Of a DNA stretch of 64,000 nt, positions 37,588 through 48,125 are shown piece by piece. The stretch spans positions 1,376,001-1,440,000 of the forward strand of contig CBDBCZ010000016.1 of assembly GCA_965203295.1 (NCBI GenBank), in the 5' to 3' direction. This DNA is from Nitrospirales bacterium (lineage in GTDB: Bacteria; Nitrospirota; Nitrospiria; Nitrospirales; UBA8639). Made by a program: the position numbers and the translations under genes. Numbering within the stretch: the first letter of the stretch is position 1; every line of letters starts with the position of its first letter. The notes below the pieces were generated by a model. It had not been told where the DNA came from, did no database searches, and worked only from the letters and a program-made list of their open reading frames with translations.

Positions 37588-39345
37588 CTAGAATTTTTCC
37601 GTCCACGGTCTCAGTTCCAACTCCTGGGTCCAGGCACTCCTTTTCTGCGCGTGGAGTTGCCAGTAAGTCTCGGCAATATCCTCAGGGTTGAGAGTGCGAT
37701 CCTCCTCCGTCTTTTTAATTCCACCATCTATGACCACGTGGGCTACATGAATGCCCTGAGGACCCAGCTCACGGGCCATGGACTGAGAGAGAGCCCTCAG
37801 ACCAAATTTGGCCGCAGCAAACGCCGAAAAGCGTGAGCTTCCACGCATGCTTGCTGTCGCCCCAGTGAATATGATTGTGCCCCTGCCACGCTTTTTCATG
37901 TACAGTGCTGCTTCGCGTCCAGTCAGAAAACCAGCGAAACAGGTCGATTCCCAAGTCTTACGGAAGTCGTCGGAAGATATTTCGTTGATGGGCCCCACCT
38001 TCGTCATTCTGCCAACGTTGAACACGCACGCCTCGATCGGCCCGACCTCCTCCTCCACCACACGGAACAAGTCTTTAACTTGATCTTCTTGACTAGCATC
38101 GGTTCCGAAGGCCCTAGCTTTCCCGCCATTGGCCTGGATCTCTCATGCCCAGCAATTTGGGCATTCAGCTGTGATACATAAGGCAGACTCCGACTACAGT
38201 ACCACTCGTGCAATAGCCGGTTGCGAATAGTAAGGCAGCAGATAACCTTCCCCAGTGAGGTACAGCTATTTGTGGTCTTCAAGGCTTTACTAGAGCTTTC
38301 AATCACCACTTCAACATCTGGTTCAACAGCAGCCGCCTCACACTCTGTGCTCTTCTTAGGCCTCCCTCTACTTTTAGCTTTAGGCTCAGCCATTGCAACT
38401 ATAGAGAAACAGGCCCTGTGCTCTAGAAACCACCTGCTTAAAGTCATTCAGCCCGCCTGCGCCAAAGCTTAGCGCACAGCTTCATCTACAGCTATGCGCA
38501 TGTTTATAGCTTGTCCAGGACCAGCTCAGCTAAGAGCCGTAGAGATTGCAAGCTTCGGATACCCACTACCTTCGTAATCAACCCTCTTAGAGTCTACCAG
38601 TCCACTTCCCTCCCTTTTGCATTCAACCCACACTGTCAGGCGCGCCATGGTAGAAGAGAATCTGCCTTCAGCTAGCTGCCTCCACTCCGTACGCAATCGT
38701 TCTCGAATGATGTCACTATTACGTCAACCTCTGTTGAAAATGGAGTTTTGCCCGTTTTTAAATTGTCCGAGGAAAAATCCAGAGTGGGCAGTACCGCCTA
38801 TTTCTGTTGTTTGGAACATTTTTAGGCAGTCTTTTAAGAAATGAGATGATGGGAAGCTAAAAAAAATGAGTGTTTTTCCTTCAAGAAGCCGTCATGTCCA
38901 GTCGATTTTTGAAAAAAATGAAATTTTATACACAGTTAATGCATAGAAACGGAGAAGTTATAAATCTTGCTAGGGAAAAATCGAAAGGCCAGGTCCTCTG
39001 CTGTAACTTCCGCGGATGTTTAGGCAAAGACTTGTGGTAGCTTTCTGGATGATGGGAAGTAAGAAACAGCATCTGCCTGAATGGAGAGAAGCGTAGGTCT
39101 CTTTCACCGCCATGTAGCCTGTACATTTTGCCGTCTTTGAGTATGCGGAAATATTTCCGTATTCTACTAAATTACAAAGCGGATGTCAAACGATATCTGG
39201 TAATGGGAAGTTTCACTAATGGCTCCAGTTTTTCGACACTCCTTCGCGCGACACAGGCCGTGAAGCCTTCCCGAGCGAAACGTTTGGCAATCTCTCCACC
39301 GGTTGCATCTCCCGCACCCAGCACTATCAAAGCTTTAGCTGCCAT
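37588..39345 (-). pseudogene. SDR copy 3, interrupted by a ~1.07 kb insertion
   Basis: 5' part MAAKALIVLGAGDATGGEIAKRF...EPLVK (39345-39211) and 3' part EIQANGGK...WTEKF (38142-37588). The insert lacks GT-AG ends. Confidence 0.85.
38143..39210 (-). mobile_element. Truncated transposon-like insertion with an AT-hook-type ORF start
   Basis: Delimited by the break in the SDR frame; encodes MAEPKAKSRGRPKK; no TSD or paired TIRs seen. Confidence 0.5.
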
Positions 39346-39785
39346 TGCATTGTTAGTGATAAAGTCACGTGACTACGTACTTGCAAAAAACATAGCCACA
39401 CCCTCACACTATTATACCTCGTGCCCAGTGCATCCCAGCACCCTTTGCACTTTTATCACTTCGTTTTTATAACACCTTGAAGCTTCAGACATTTACTGAC
39501 CGCAGTGTGAGAGTGTGACTACATGTGTAGACTGTAATAACACTTTTGACTCTCTCCTGATAATATGAGGGTGTGGCTTCGCAGGACTATATATATAGCG
39601 CCAGACTAGTCAATCATTTCTTGCATAGTGTATACAGTCAACCATTCTTTTGCAGAGTGTAGTCACGAGGGTGTGGCTTCGTGTGGGGCTGGGCACGAGA
39701 CTATATAGCGCCGAGCTTGGGCAATCATGTCATTTTTGTAGAGTGTAATTGCTAGTCACGAGACATTAGAGATTACCGTCCTACA

Positions 39786-40511
39786 ATGGCAGCTAAAGCT
39801 CTCATAGTGTTGGGCGCGGGAGATGCCATCGGTGGATCGATTGCCAAACGTTTCGCTCGGGAAGGCTTCACGGTCTGTGTCGCGCGAAGGAGTGTCGAAA
39901 AACTGGAATCACTAGTGAAAGAGATCCAGGCCAATGGCGGGAAAGCTAGGGCCTTCGGAACCGATGCTAGTCAAGAAGATCAGGTTAAAGATATGTTCCG
40001 TGCGGTGGAGGAGGAAGTCGGGCCGATCGAGGCGTGCGTGTTTAACGTTGGCGCCACGACGAAGGTGGGGCCCATCAACGAAATATCTTCCGACGACTTT
40101 CGCAAGACTTGGGAGTCGACCTGCTTGGCTGGTTTTCTGTCTGGGCGTGAAGCAGCACTGTACATGAAGAAGCGTGGCAGGGGCACAATCTTATTCACCG
40201 GGGCGACAGCAAGCATGCGTGGAAGCGCAGGCTTTTCGGCTTTTGCTGCAGGCAAATTTGGTCTTAAGGCTCTGTCTCAGTCCATGGCCCGGGAGCTGGG
40301 TCCTCAGGGCATTCATATAGCCCATGTGATCATAGATGGTGTTGTTGACACTCAGAAGATCCCACCGTCAGAGGCATACGCTAAAAAGAGGGACGAAGAT
40401 CGTATTCTCAACCCTGAGGATATTGCCGAGTCTTACTGGCAACTCCACGTGCAGAAAAGGAGTGCCTGGACCCAGGAGTTGGCTCTGAGACCGTGGACGG
40501 AAAAATTCTAG
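39786..40511 (+). CDS. SDR copy 4; single exon, 241 aa
   Basis: Intact ORF with the same motifs; head-to-head with copy 3. Confidence 0.92.
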   Translation: MAAKALIVLGAGDAIGGSIAKRFAREGFTVCVARRSVEKLESLVKEIQANGGKARAFGTDASQEDQVKDMFRAVEEEVGPIEACVFNVGATTKVGPINEISSDDFRKTWESTCLAGFLSGREAALYMKKRGRGTILFTGATASMRGSAGFSAFAAGKFGLKALSQSMARELGPQGIHIAHVIIDGVVDTQKIPPSEAYAKKRDEDRILNPEDIAESYWQLHVQKRSAWTQELALRPWTEKF

Positions 40512-40956
40512 TGAAACAGGAACAAGAAACTTTTTAGTTTATTTTTAACTATTGTTTTGCTTGTAGCTACTGTATGACTTTACCATAATTGATTTATAAT
40601 TCACACTTTGAAATACAATTGAGATGATACACAAAGCAGCATCTTGTTATCCCATGTACACGACCAGTTGCATGCATTGGAGCTGGTTGGAAAAATGTCG
40701 AAAGATGTAATCTTTAAAAAAAAATTGCAGTGTACAGCTACATGCATGTATATAATTTCTATCCTGTTTGCACAGTTAACGTTGCTACTTGGAATTCGAT
40801 TGCTAAATACTGGCCTCGTTCTCAGGCCACATGTCAAGCACCTGCAGCTGGGAATGAGTCTGGTCAAACTTGCCTATTGAATTTCTGATGGTACACATGG
40901 TCCACATCCAATTTGACCAACAAGTGAATACTATACTGCAATGTACATACCAGCCC

Positions 40957-41028
40957 TAGCCTCGAACCCAGCCATCCCAGCTTTTTTTCGCTTGCGAAAA
41001 GAAGCTGGGACAACTGGGTTCGAGGCTA
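40957..41028. mobile_element. 72 bp hairpin MITE with 9 bp TSD TACCAGCCC
   Basis: TAGCCTCGAACCCAG...CTGGGTTCGAGGCTA flanked by the direct 9-mer. Confidence 0.85.
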
Positions 41029-41684
41029 TACCAGCCCCATTGGAGCGAGTACATGCATACGTGTGAAGACTTTAGGAATCAAGATGAATGCTTTCATGTA
41101 CAACTCAAACTGTAACTGTAATGGTAAGTGTACTATATTGTTTTAAGGCAATAAGTCTCCTCCCCAAGCATGGTGAACTGAGTGCTATATAACCCATTAT
41201 AGTATTTTGCGTGGGCGGATCAAAGGCGAAAAGTGTGCTTTATTTTCCATATAGCACAGTTATGGTGTGAAGAGTGCTGTATGAAAACTCATACAGCACA
41301 GGAAGTACAATATAGAACAGTTCATGGGTAATTGAGAACTTTTATCAATTAACTGTAAACAGAATCCACGAAAGTGCAGCAGGGCTAGCTACAAACGACA
41401 AACACTCCTAGCAAATGGGTACAACCATACGGAGCTCATCCATGGTACAACACGTTAGCTACCATGGTACCAGTAAAGCCTTGAGCCTAGCAGTGCTATT
41501 TGATGCACAAAACGGTAAGCTTGCAGCGTACAGACATGCAGACGGAAACGCAACAAAACTAGGCATACACCGAGAATGGCAGCTTACCATGCTTTCTACA
41601 TCGATTGTTGAACGATCTGTGAGCCAAAAAACGCCATATCCCTCCAGGACCAGCACAAAATTCAAACGTGAAATACTATAAACC

Positions 41685-41851
41685 AGTTAAAGTACCGTAT
41701 ACCCTCGTGCACTACGTGAAATATTGCACTTGGGCATGGTCTCGAGGCCAAATATAGCACTCGGCTTCGCCTCGTGCTATATTTGCCTCTCGCCCACGCC
41801 CTCGCGCAATATTTCACGTAGTGCACTCGGGACGTCGACGGTACTTTAACT
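41685..41851. mobile_element. Palindromic non-autonomous element with CTCGGCTTCGCCTCG core
   Basis: AGTTAAAGTACCGT...GTGCACTACGTGAAATATTGC / GCAATATTTCACGTAGTGCAC...ACGGTACTTTAACT. Confidence 0.7.
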
Positions 41852-43283
41852 AATATTTACCAACCAAAAGAAATAGATTAAAAAAGCAGAAAAGCCTGTA
41901 CTAAGTATTAACGCCTAATATTAAAACCTCCATATAAATTCATATGGGCTCAGTATGGGAGCTCATGACGCATATATGCGTCATTGGTAGGTAAAGAGAT
42001 AATAGCTGAGATTCAACGTCCTTGCATTGTGGAACCTGCATGAATGGCTGTGTCCTGTGACAGACTCTGAGATAGCAATACAAGGGTACCAGACATTTCG
42101 GCTCTATAGGAACAGACAGGGTGGAGGTGTTATCATGTACATTCTGGAAAATTGTATTGTTACTGAATAAAGGTAACTTATTGTCCATTGTTTGTGACAA
42201 ATTAATGTTACTGTACACAGGTGCTTGCTGTATGGCTTGTATATCTCTTTGCACTGTCCTCTCTGAAGTTTTTGATAGTCTTTGTAGAAGTTCTCAGTTT
42301 TGTACTATGGCTAGTAGCTACTAATTATGGCGGTTTAATGTATAAATTTTGTAAACACCTCTCACTCACATTTTCCCCGGTTCAAACATTCTTGTTTATC
42401 ACAAGTTGTAGCTAACACACTACATTCATGCTAGCCCAAACAGTTGTGCTTTTTTTAATTCTTGTCATTACCATCTTTGCTACATCTTTGAAATGTTATA
42501 GTAGAGGCTGACATGTATGTTCTATACTATAACATTTCAAACCTTTTAATTAATTAACCCTTTTAAACCCTTTTTAACCTTTTTAACCTTTTTGAGCCGT
42601 TCAATTAACCTTTTAACCCTTTTTAAAACATTTTTGCCCTTTTTAACCTTTACTTTTCAGTGTTTGTTGTCCTGCTACTGGAGTACATTGAATTTGGATA
42701 GAGAAGCCCTTCTAGTTTTCATGTACCTTAGGTTGCTGCTTTCATCCATAGGCTGTGCTACTTCCCCTCTGATGTCCTTGTCCCCTGTGTGAACTTTAGC
42801 CAGCGTAGCTAGCTATCTGTCATCTTTTTTCATACCAACCTCGACTCATACACCCACCAGTTCTTTTTACCACTCTTTTACACCTCACACTACTTCTTTG
42901 GCCCCTAGCATCATGTGTCGACCCCACTGACTATGCCTATTTTTCAACCATAATGTAATTTTTGTGGGGCACACTCTAGTTAATATTAGCATACTTGCTA
43001 CTGTGTATATACGTATGCATGCCTAAGCTACAAAGCCTTTGCACTTCTATGGCTTTGTTATTATAACACTTTGTTGACTCTCCCTGATAAATATGAGGGT
43101 GTGGCTTCGCGGGACTATACTAGCCAATCATTTTTTGCACAGTGTATACAGTCAATCATTTTTTGCAGAGTGTATATAGTCACGAGGGTGTGGCTTCGCG
43201 GGACTATATAGCGCTGAGCTTGGTCAATCATTTTTAGCAGAGTGTAGCCACGAAACATTAGAGATTACCGCCCTATAGCTATA

Positions 43284-44015
43284 ATGGCAGCTAAAGCTCT
43301 CATACTGTTGGGCGCGGGAGATGCTATCGGTGGAGCGATTGCCAAGCGTTTCGCTCGGGAAGGCTTCACGGTCTGTGTCGCGCGAAGGAGTGTCGAAAAA
43401 CTGGAACCACTAGTGAAAGAGATCCAGGCCAATGGCGGGAAAGCTAGGGCCTTCGGAACCGATGCTAGTCAAGAAGATCAAGTTAAAGACTTGTTCCGTG
43501 TGGTGGAGGAGGAGGTCGGGCCGATCGAGGCGTGCGTGTTCAACGTTGGGCCCATGATGAAGGTGGCGCCCATCAACAAAATGACTTCCGACGACTTCCG
43601 CAAGATTTGGGAAGCAAACTGTTTCTCCGGTTTTCTGTCTGGGCGTGAAGCAGCACTGTACATGAAGAAGCGTGGCAGGGGCACAATCATATTCACCGGG
43701 GCAACGGCGAGCGTACGTGGAAGCTCAGGTTTTTCAGGTTTTGCTTCGGCCAAATTTGGTCTTAAGGCTCTCTCTCAGTCCATGGCCCGGGAGCTGGGTC
43801 CTCAGGGAATTCATGTAGCCCACGTGATAATAGATGGTGAAGTTGACACTCAGATATTGCAGCAAGGGCGTCCGGAGATGTACACTAAACTGAAGGACGA
43901 GGATCGTATTCTCAATCCTGAGGGTGTTGCCGAGACGTATTGGCATCTCCACGTTCAGGACAGGAGTACCTGGACCCTGGAGTTGGATCTGAGACCCTGG
44001 ACGGAAAAATTCTAG
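43284..44015 (+). CDS. SDR copy 5; single exon, 243 aa
   Basis: Intact ORF; FASAK at the YxxxK position. Confidence 0.92.
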   Translation: MAAKALILLGAGDAIGGAIAKRFAREGFTVCVARRSVEKLEPLVKEIQANGGKARAFGTDASQEDQVKDLFRVVEEEVGPIEACVFNVGPMMKVAPINKMTSDDFRKIWEANCFSGFLSGREAALYMKKRGRGTIIFTGATASVRGSSGFSGFASAKFGLKALSQSMARELGPQGIHVAHVIIDGEVDTQILQQGRPEMYTKLKDEDRILNPEGVAETYWHLHVQDRSTWTLELDLRPWTEKF

Positions 44016-44654
44016 TTAGCTATTTTTGAAACAGGAACAATTACTAAAATAAATATGATTTTTAGTGTTTGAATTGTTTTTGTAATTATTATGGTCTTTC
44101 TTTTATTTTGTTCTAGCTTTGCGGTTTATAGAGAGTCGTGCATACTGCCAGCCGTTATGGCTAAGCGGGACCTAGATCAGTTTTTGTTGTCGCTACTAGC
44201 AGGCTCTTAAGTTGGATGTACATGTAGTTGCTAGGAGTACTGCCTGAGATAAGGTAGAGATTTCAAATTGCTACAATCTTTGTCATGCTTTACCGTTCGA
44301 AAGAGAAATGATTTTTTACTTCCTGCAACTTGCCTACTAACTTAGCCCAATATTGCACTGATGTCAATTAACACCTCTGCCTGTATGTGGCCTCTTTTGA
44401 GTACTATATATAAGCATGGAAAAGGTTGCCATGGTAATGTACATTAACAAGGTGTACTCTACCCAAAGGAGGATATCATGCGTAAGGATAGGCTAGAGGT
44501 AAGGCTAGTCAGAATGACAGTGCTTGACTGACACGGCTCCAGTGCATGTGGCAAACATTGCTCGGGTTGTTGGATGGGAGAAACTTGCAGGATGTCTTCT
44601 CTACTATCTATGCTTGGACGAAGGACCCTGGCACACTCAACAGATGATGCTGCA

Positions 44655-45065
44655 TGGTGAAGACAGTGTGTGCACTGCTACTTTGGCGATCTCTACGGCA
44701 TGCATATAAGGGAGACACACAGGAGATGAGTATGCGAACGAGCACTCCTAAAGGAGCTAGAGTAGCACCCCATTTTTTATAGTGTGGTGAAGACAGTGTG
44801 CACTGCTACTTTGGTGATCTCTACGGCATGTATAAGGGAGGCACACAGGAGATGAGTATGCGAACGAGCACTCCTAAAGGTGCTAGAGTAGCACCCCATT
44901 TTTTATAGTGTGGTGAAGACAGTGTGCACTGCTACTTTGGTGATCTCTACGGCATGTATAAGGGAGGCACACAGGAGATGAGTATGCGAACAAGCACCCC
45001 TAAAGGTGCTAGAGTAGCACCCCATTTTTTACAGTGTGGTGAAGATGGTGTGCACTGCTGCTTTA
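44655..45065. repeat. 126 bp tandem repeat, about 3.2 copies
   Basis: GGTGAAGA at 44656, 44786, 44912 and 45038. Confidence 0.92.
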
Positions 45066-46318
45066 ATTTGCCAGTAATCTCTGGCATACATTTCTTGAAT
45101 AATTTTTAATGTCTGTATGTATAGCATCCTCCTGGGATAATAGCCATGTCTCTCCTAGCCTATTTAAGTACTTCGTGCAGTGATCATAAGACACTTCTGT
45201 GTGATGGAGCCTCAGTTTGCAGTATTACTTAATTCACACCCAAAACAATTTGCACAGTATATATATATTATACGTGTAGGTGCAAAAAATGACAGTATAT
45301 AGCTCTACCATATACCAAACAGGCACACTATTTTGCGAGCTACAATTATTTCTACTGTACACAATCATGCACAGTAATAATTTTAATAAATCGCTCTGCC
45401 AAGTGACAGAACTAAAAGTAAATCAAAGAGCTTTATGCAGTTTCCATCAGTAGCCTTTTTAGTTCTTTCATGCATGTGTGTCCTCTGATATATCGGGTGT
45501 GAGTCCTTTCAGTGTCATGCGGCTGTTGGGACTTGCTTTGATTTTGAGGTTTATAGGACATCACAGTGAATTATATGACATTGTCAGGCCCGGGATACAT
45601 GAAAGAACTGAAGAGCATGCAGTGTTGCAAAGAGGCCTGCCTGGTGTGAATCAGAGTAGCAATAAACTCGGTTCTTTCATTATACTTAGCAGTGTCAAAG
45701 TAGGATGTGTCCTGAGCCAGATTATGGAATTAAAGTCTGCAGTAGGTACTCTAACTGAATAATGTAGATAGCAAACCTAGAATTAACTCAAGACGTTTCT
45801 AAATCAGTGAAAACTTCAGTTTAGTTCGCCAATCAAACAAAATTCCAATGCTATAGTCTTTTTGAGAGTGCACTGCGTGCCAGCCCCACCCACATTGGAG
45901 AGTTCGTAGGTGGAGCTATGACTGAACACTCGCGTATAATTTAAATTATAATTTACTGCGCAGTGTAGTCTCATGCCCAGCCCCACGTGGGGCTGAGCAT
46001 GAGATCGAGACTATACTATGCGCAGTGAGGCCTCGCGCAGAGTCACGTGAAGAGTTGACCACACCTATTAGAGTTGGAATCACAAACCCACCCACTTTGG
46101 AAGCCGCATGATATATTATACACTAGCCCCACCGCCGCACTGCAAGATTAATTGTCTCGCTATTAAAGGCGCTCGGCAACTAGACACTGAGTAAAAACTG
46201 AACCGAAAACCGCATAGAGGCTGGCAGGGAAGACCTAGGTGGGTGAAAATAGAATAAAAGGATAGTCCTACTCTACATGTTATAGACAGCCAATGAGGAC
46301 TATTAAATAATTGAGAGG

Positions 46319-46384
46319 TAGCCTCGAACCCAGCCGTCCCAGCTTTTTTTCGAAAAAAAGCTGGGACGGCTGGGTTCGAGGCTA
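46319..46384. mobile_element. Perfect 66 bp palindromic MITE with 9 bp TSD ATTGAGAGG
   Basis: TAGCCTCGAACCCAGCCGTCCCAGCTTTTTTTC|GAAAAAAAGCTGGGACGGCTGGGTTCGAGGCTA. Confidence 0.9.
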
Positions 46385-46421
46385 ATTGAGAGGTATGCTC
46401 GTTCTAAAGATGACATTAGAC

Positions 46422-46598
46422 TCATCGCGAAGTTTCTTCAATTCCAACCCGAAGTTCAGCAGAAGTTTTTATTTGCCGACGTTTCGACTACAGTGTTGTA
46501 GTCTTCTTCAAGTCATGGCTACAACACTGTAGTCAAAACATCGGTAAATATAAACTTCTGCTGAACTTCGGGTTGGAATTGAAGAAACTTCACGATGA
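46422..46598. mobile_element. Inverted-repeat remnant resembling Penelope-like pseudo-LTRs, with a minimal hammerhead-like motif
   Basis: ~80 bp inverted arms. The minus strand of 46476-46512 reads CTTGAAGAA-GACTACA-acac-TGTAGTC-GAAAC-GTC-GG, followed by AATAAA. Absent from the paralogous site at ~57460. Confidence 0.6.
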
Positions 46599-47383
46599 AT
46601 TCTACTAGCCAACCGAGAGAATCTCTGAATAATATGACTTTGGACTTACAATTACACCCCTTGTGCCCAGACCCAGCAGTCATGATTACGCTGTAAAAAA
46701 GCAAGTAGTTTCTTTGTATGTACTGAATGCAGCCAGAAACTGATGCAGTTAGCTAATAGCCATTATAGCCTCTAATTATGCACCCTTTCAAATTCCAAAG
46801 TGTATCCTTCCTCAGCTAAGCAGCTACGTGGCTAGCACTGCTAAAAAGTAATGGTTACTTTGACAATGCATGATTCAGTTACTGCATGGAGTTGCATCTA
46901 TGTAATAATTATTAAGACCCGTTTTGTCAAACAGGACAATCACTATCCTGCCCATTATTTTTGTAGCCTTTACCCTTACAGCTAGTTCCCAAAACATAAG
47001 GGGTGCAGATGTCTGCCCACTAGTGCAAATACAAAGCTGTACTCCTTGGCTGTATCAGCTGTGTAGTACAGATGCTGTCACCAGTCACAGTTGTTGCTAC
47101 AGACCTTCCATGCAGCATGATCTCTCCTATACTATGATAGCCATGTAAGGCACTACAATCAGCAAAACATTGTTCACAGTATATATAGATGCAACTCCAG
47201 TAACCAACGCATTGTTGAAAATTACTATTCAATTCTGGGCACTGATCTAAAACTGAAGTGGGATAGGCTATACAAAAATGATAAATTAGACCACTCATGA
47301 ATCATTTGCAGTTCTGCTAGCTAGCAGTGCGTGGCAGATCTAACTGACATAGACACCCTTGGAAAAATCCCTGCCCTGGCCTA

Positions 47384-47796
47384 TAGGCCTGAGCTAATTG
47401 TTCACTCAAACTTCAAATTCTTTGTTCTTACCTTTCTTCCCTATTATTCAAGTGAACCTACCCAATTATTCACATGATTATGACCTGTTATTACTTGAAG
47501 CAAGTTTTTGTTGGTACTGTTTGATGCAAAACCTTACACACACACATCCACCTTACATTTACATGTAAAATTGGAGGCTTTTGGGGCCTTTAGCGCCTCT
47601 AAGATCAATACAGGAGGTGACGATACAGCCTGATCCTGGGATTCAGCCTCCCCAGCACCAAGTCGTGTATGGTTCAAAGGTCGCACATAGATGTTGAAAA
47701 TGCGCATAAGCAAACTATATTTTTGCTTTCTTACTGATTATTCAAAATTGGCCCTATTATTCAAAATTTTATTCTCGAATAATTAGCTCAGGCCTA
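47384..47796. mobile_element. TIR element with TAG...CTA ends and 4 bp TSD CCTA (Academ-like)
   Basis: TAGGCCTGAGCTAATT / AATTAGCTCAGGCCTA; CCTA at 47380-47383 and 47797-47800. Confidence 0.75.
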
Positions 47797-48125
47797 CCTA
47801 GGACCAGTGTTAATTGACTTCGAGCTGGGTTAGTACCCCCTTTGAAAAATTAGTTCCAATTGTGTTATGAATGTAGGTAACTAAATATGAATTAAGTTAT
47901 GACATACATGTGTATTACTATAAAGGGAGGCTGACGTCCTAAGGAAAAGGCATGTTAGGTATTAGCATGAATACAATGGCAGGATCATGAATAAGAAACA
48001 AGTATTGCAAGATTGACATCTGCTACAACCTAGTACCTCATATTTTCTGACCTCTGGCTTTACAGATTGGAACTCTGACCGTGCTATTGTTTATATATAC
48101 CGTGCAAGTATCAACACAGGAAGCT

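Noticed and set aside
38143..39210. Intron in SDR copy 3, or an AT-hook-SDR fusion
   Set aside because: The minus-strand ends are CTTCCC...CATGA rather than GT...AG, and the insert ORF enters the SDR out of frame.
42540..42655. Interstitial telomeric repeat
   Set aside because: Only degenerate TTTTAACC(C) low-complexity sequence; no tandem TTAGGG.
48081..48125. Upstream extensions of ORF-track starts (48081, 57678, 35282, 63897)
   Set aside because: They begin at non-ATG codons. The signal peptide and paralogue alignments favour the downstream ATGs.
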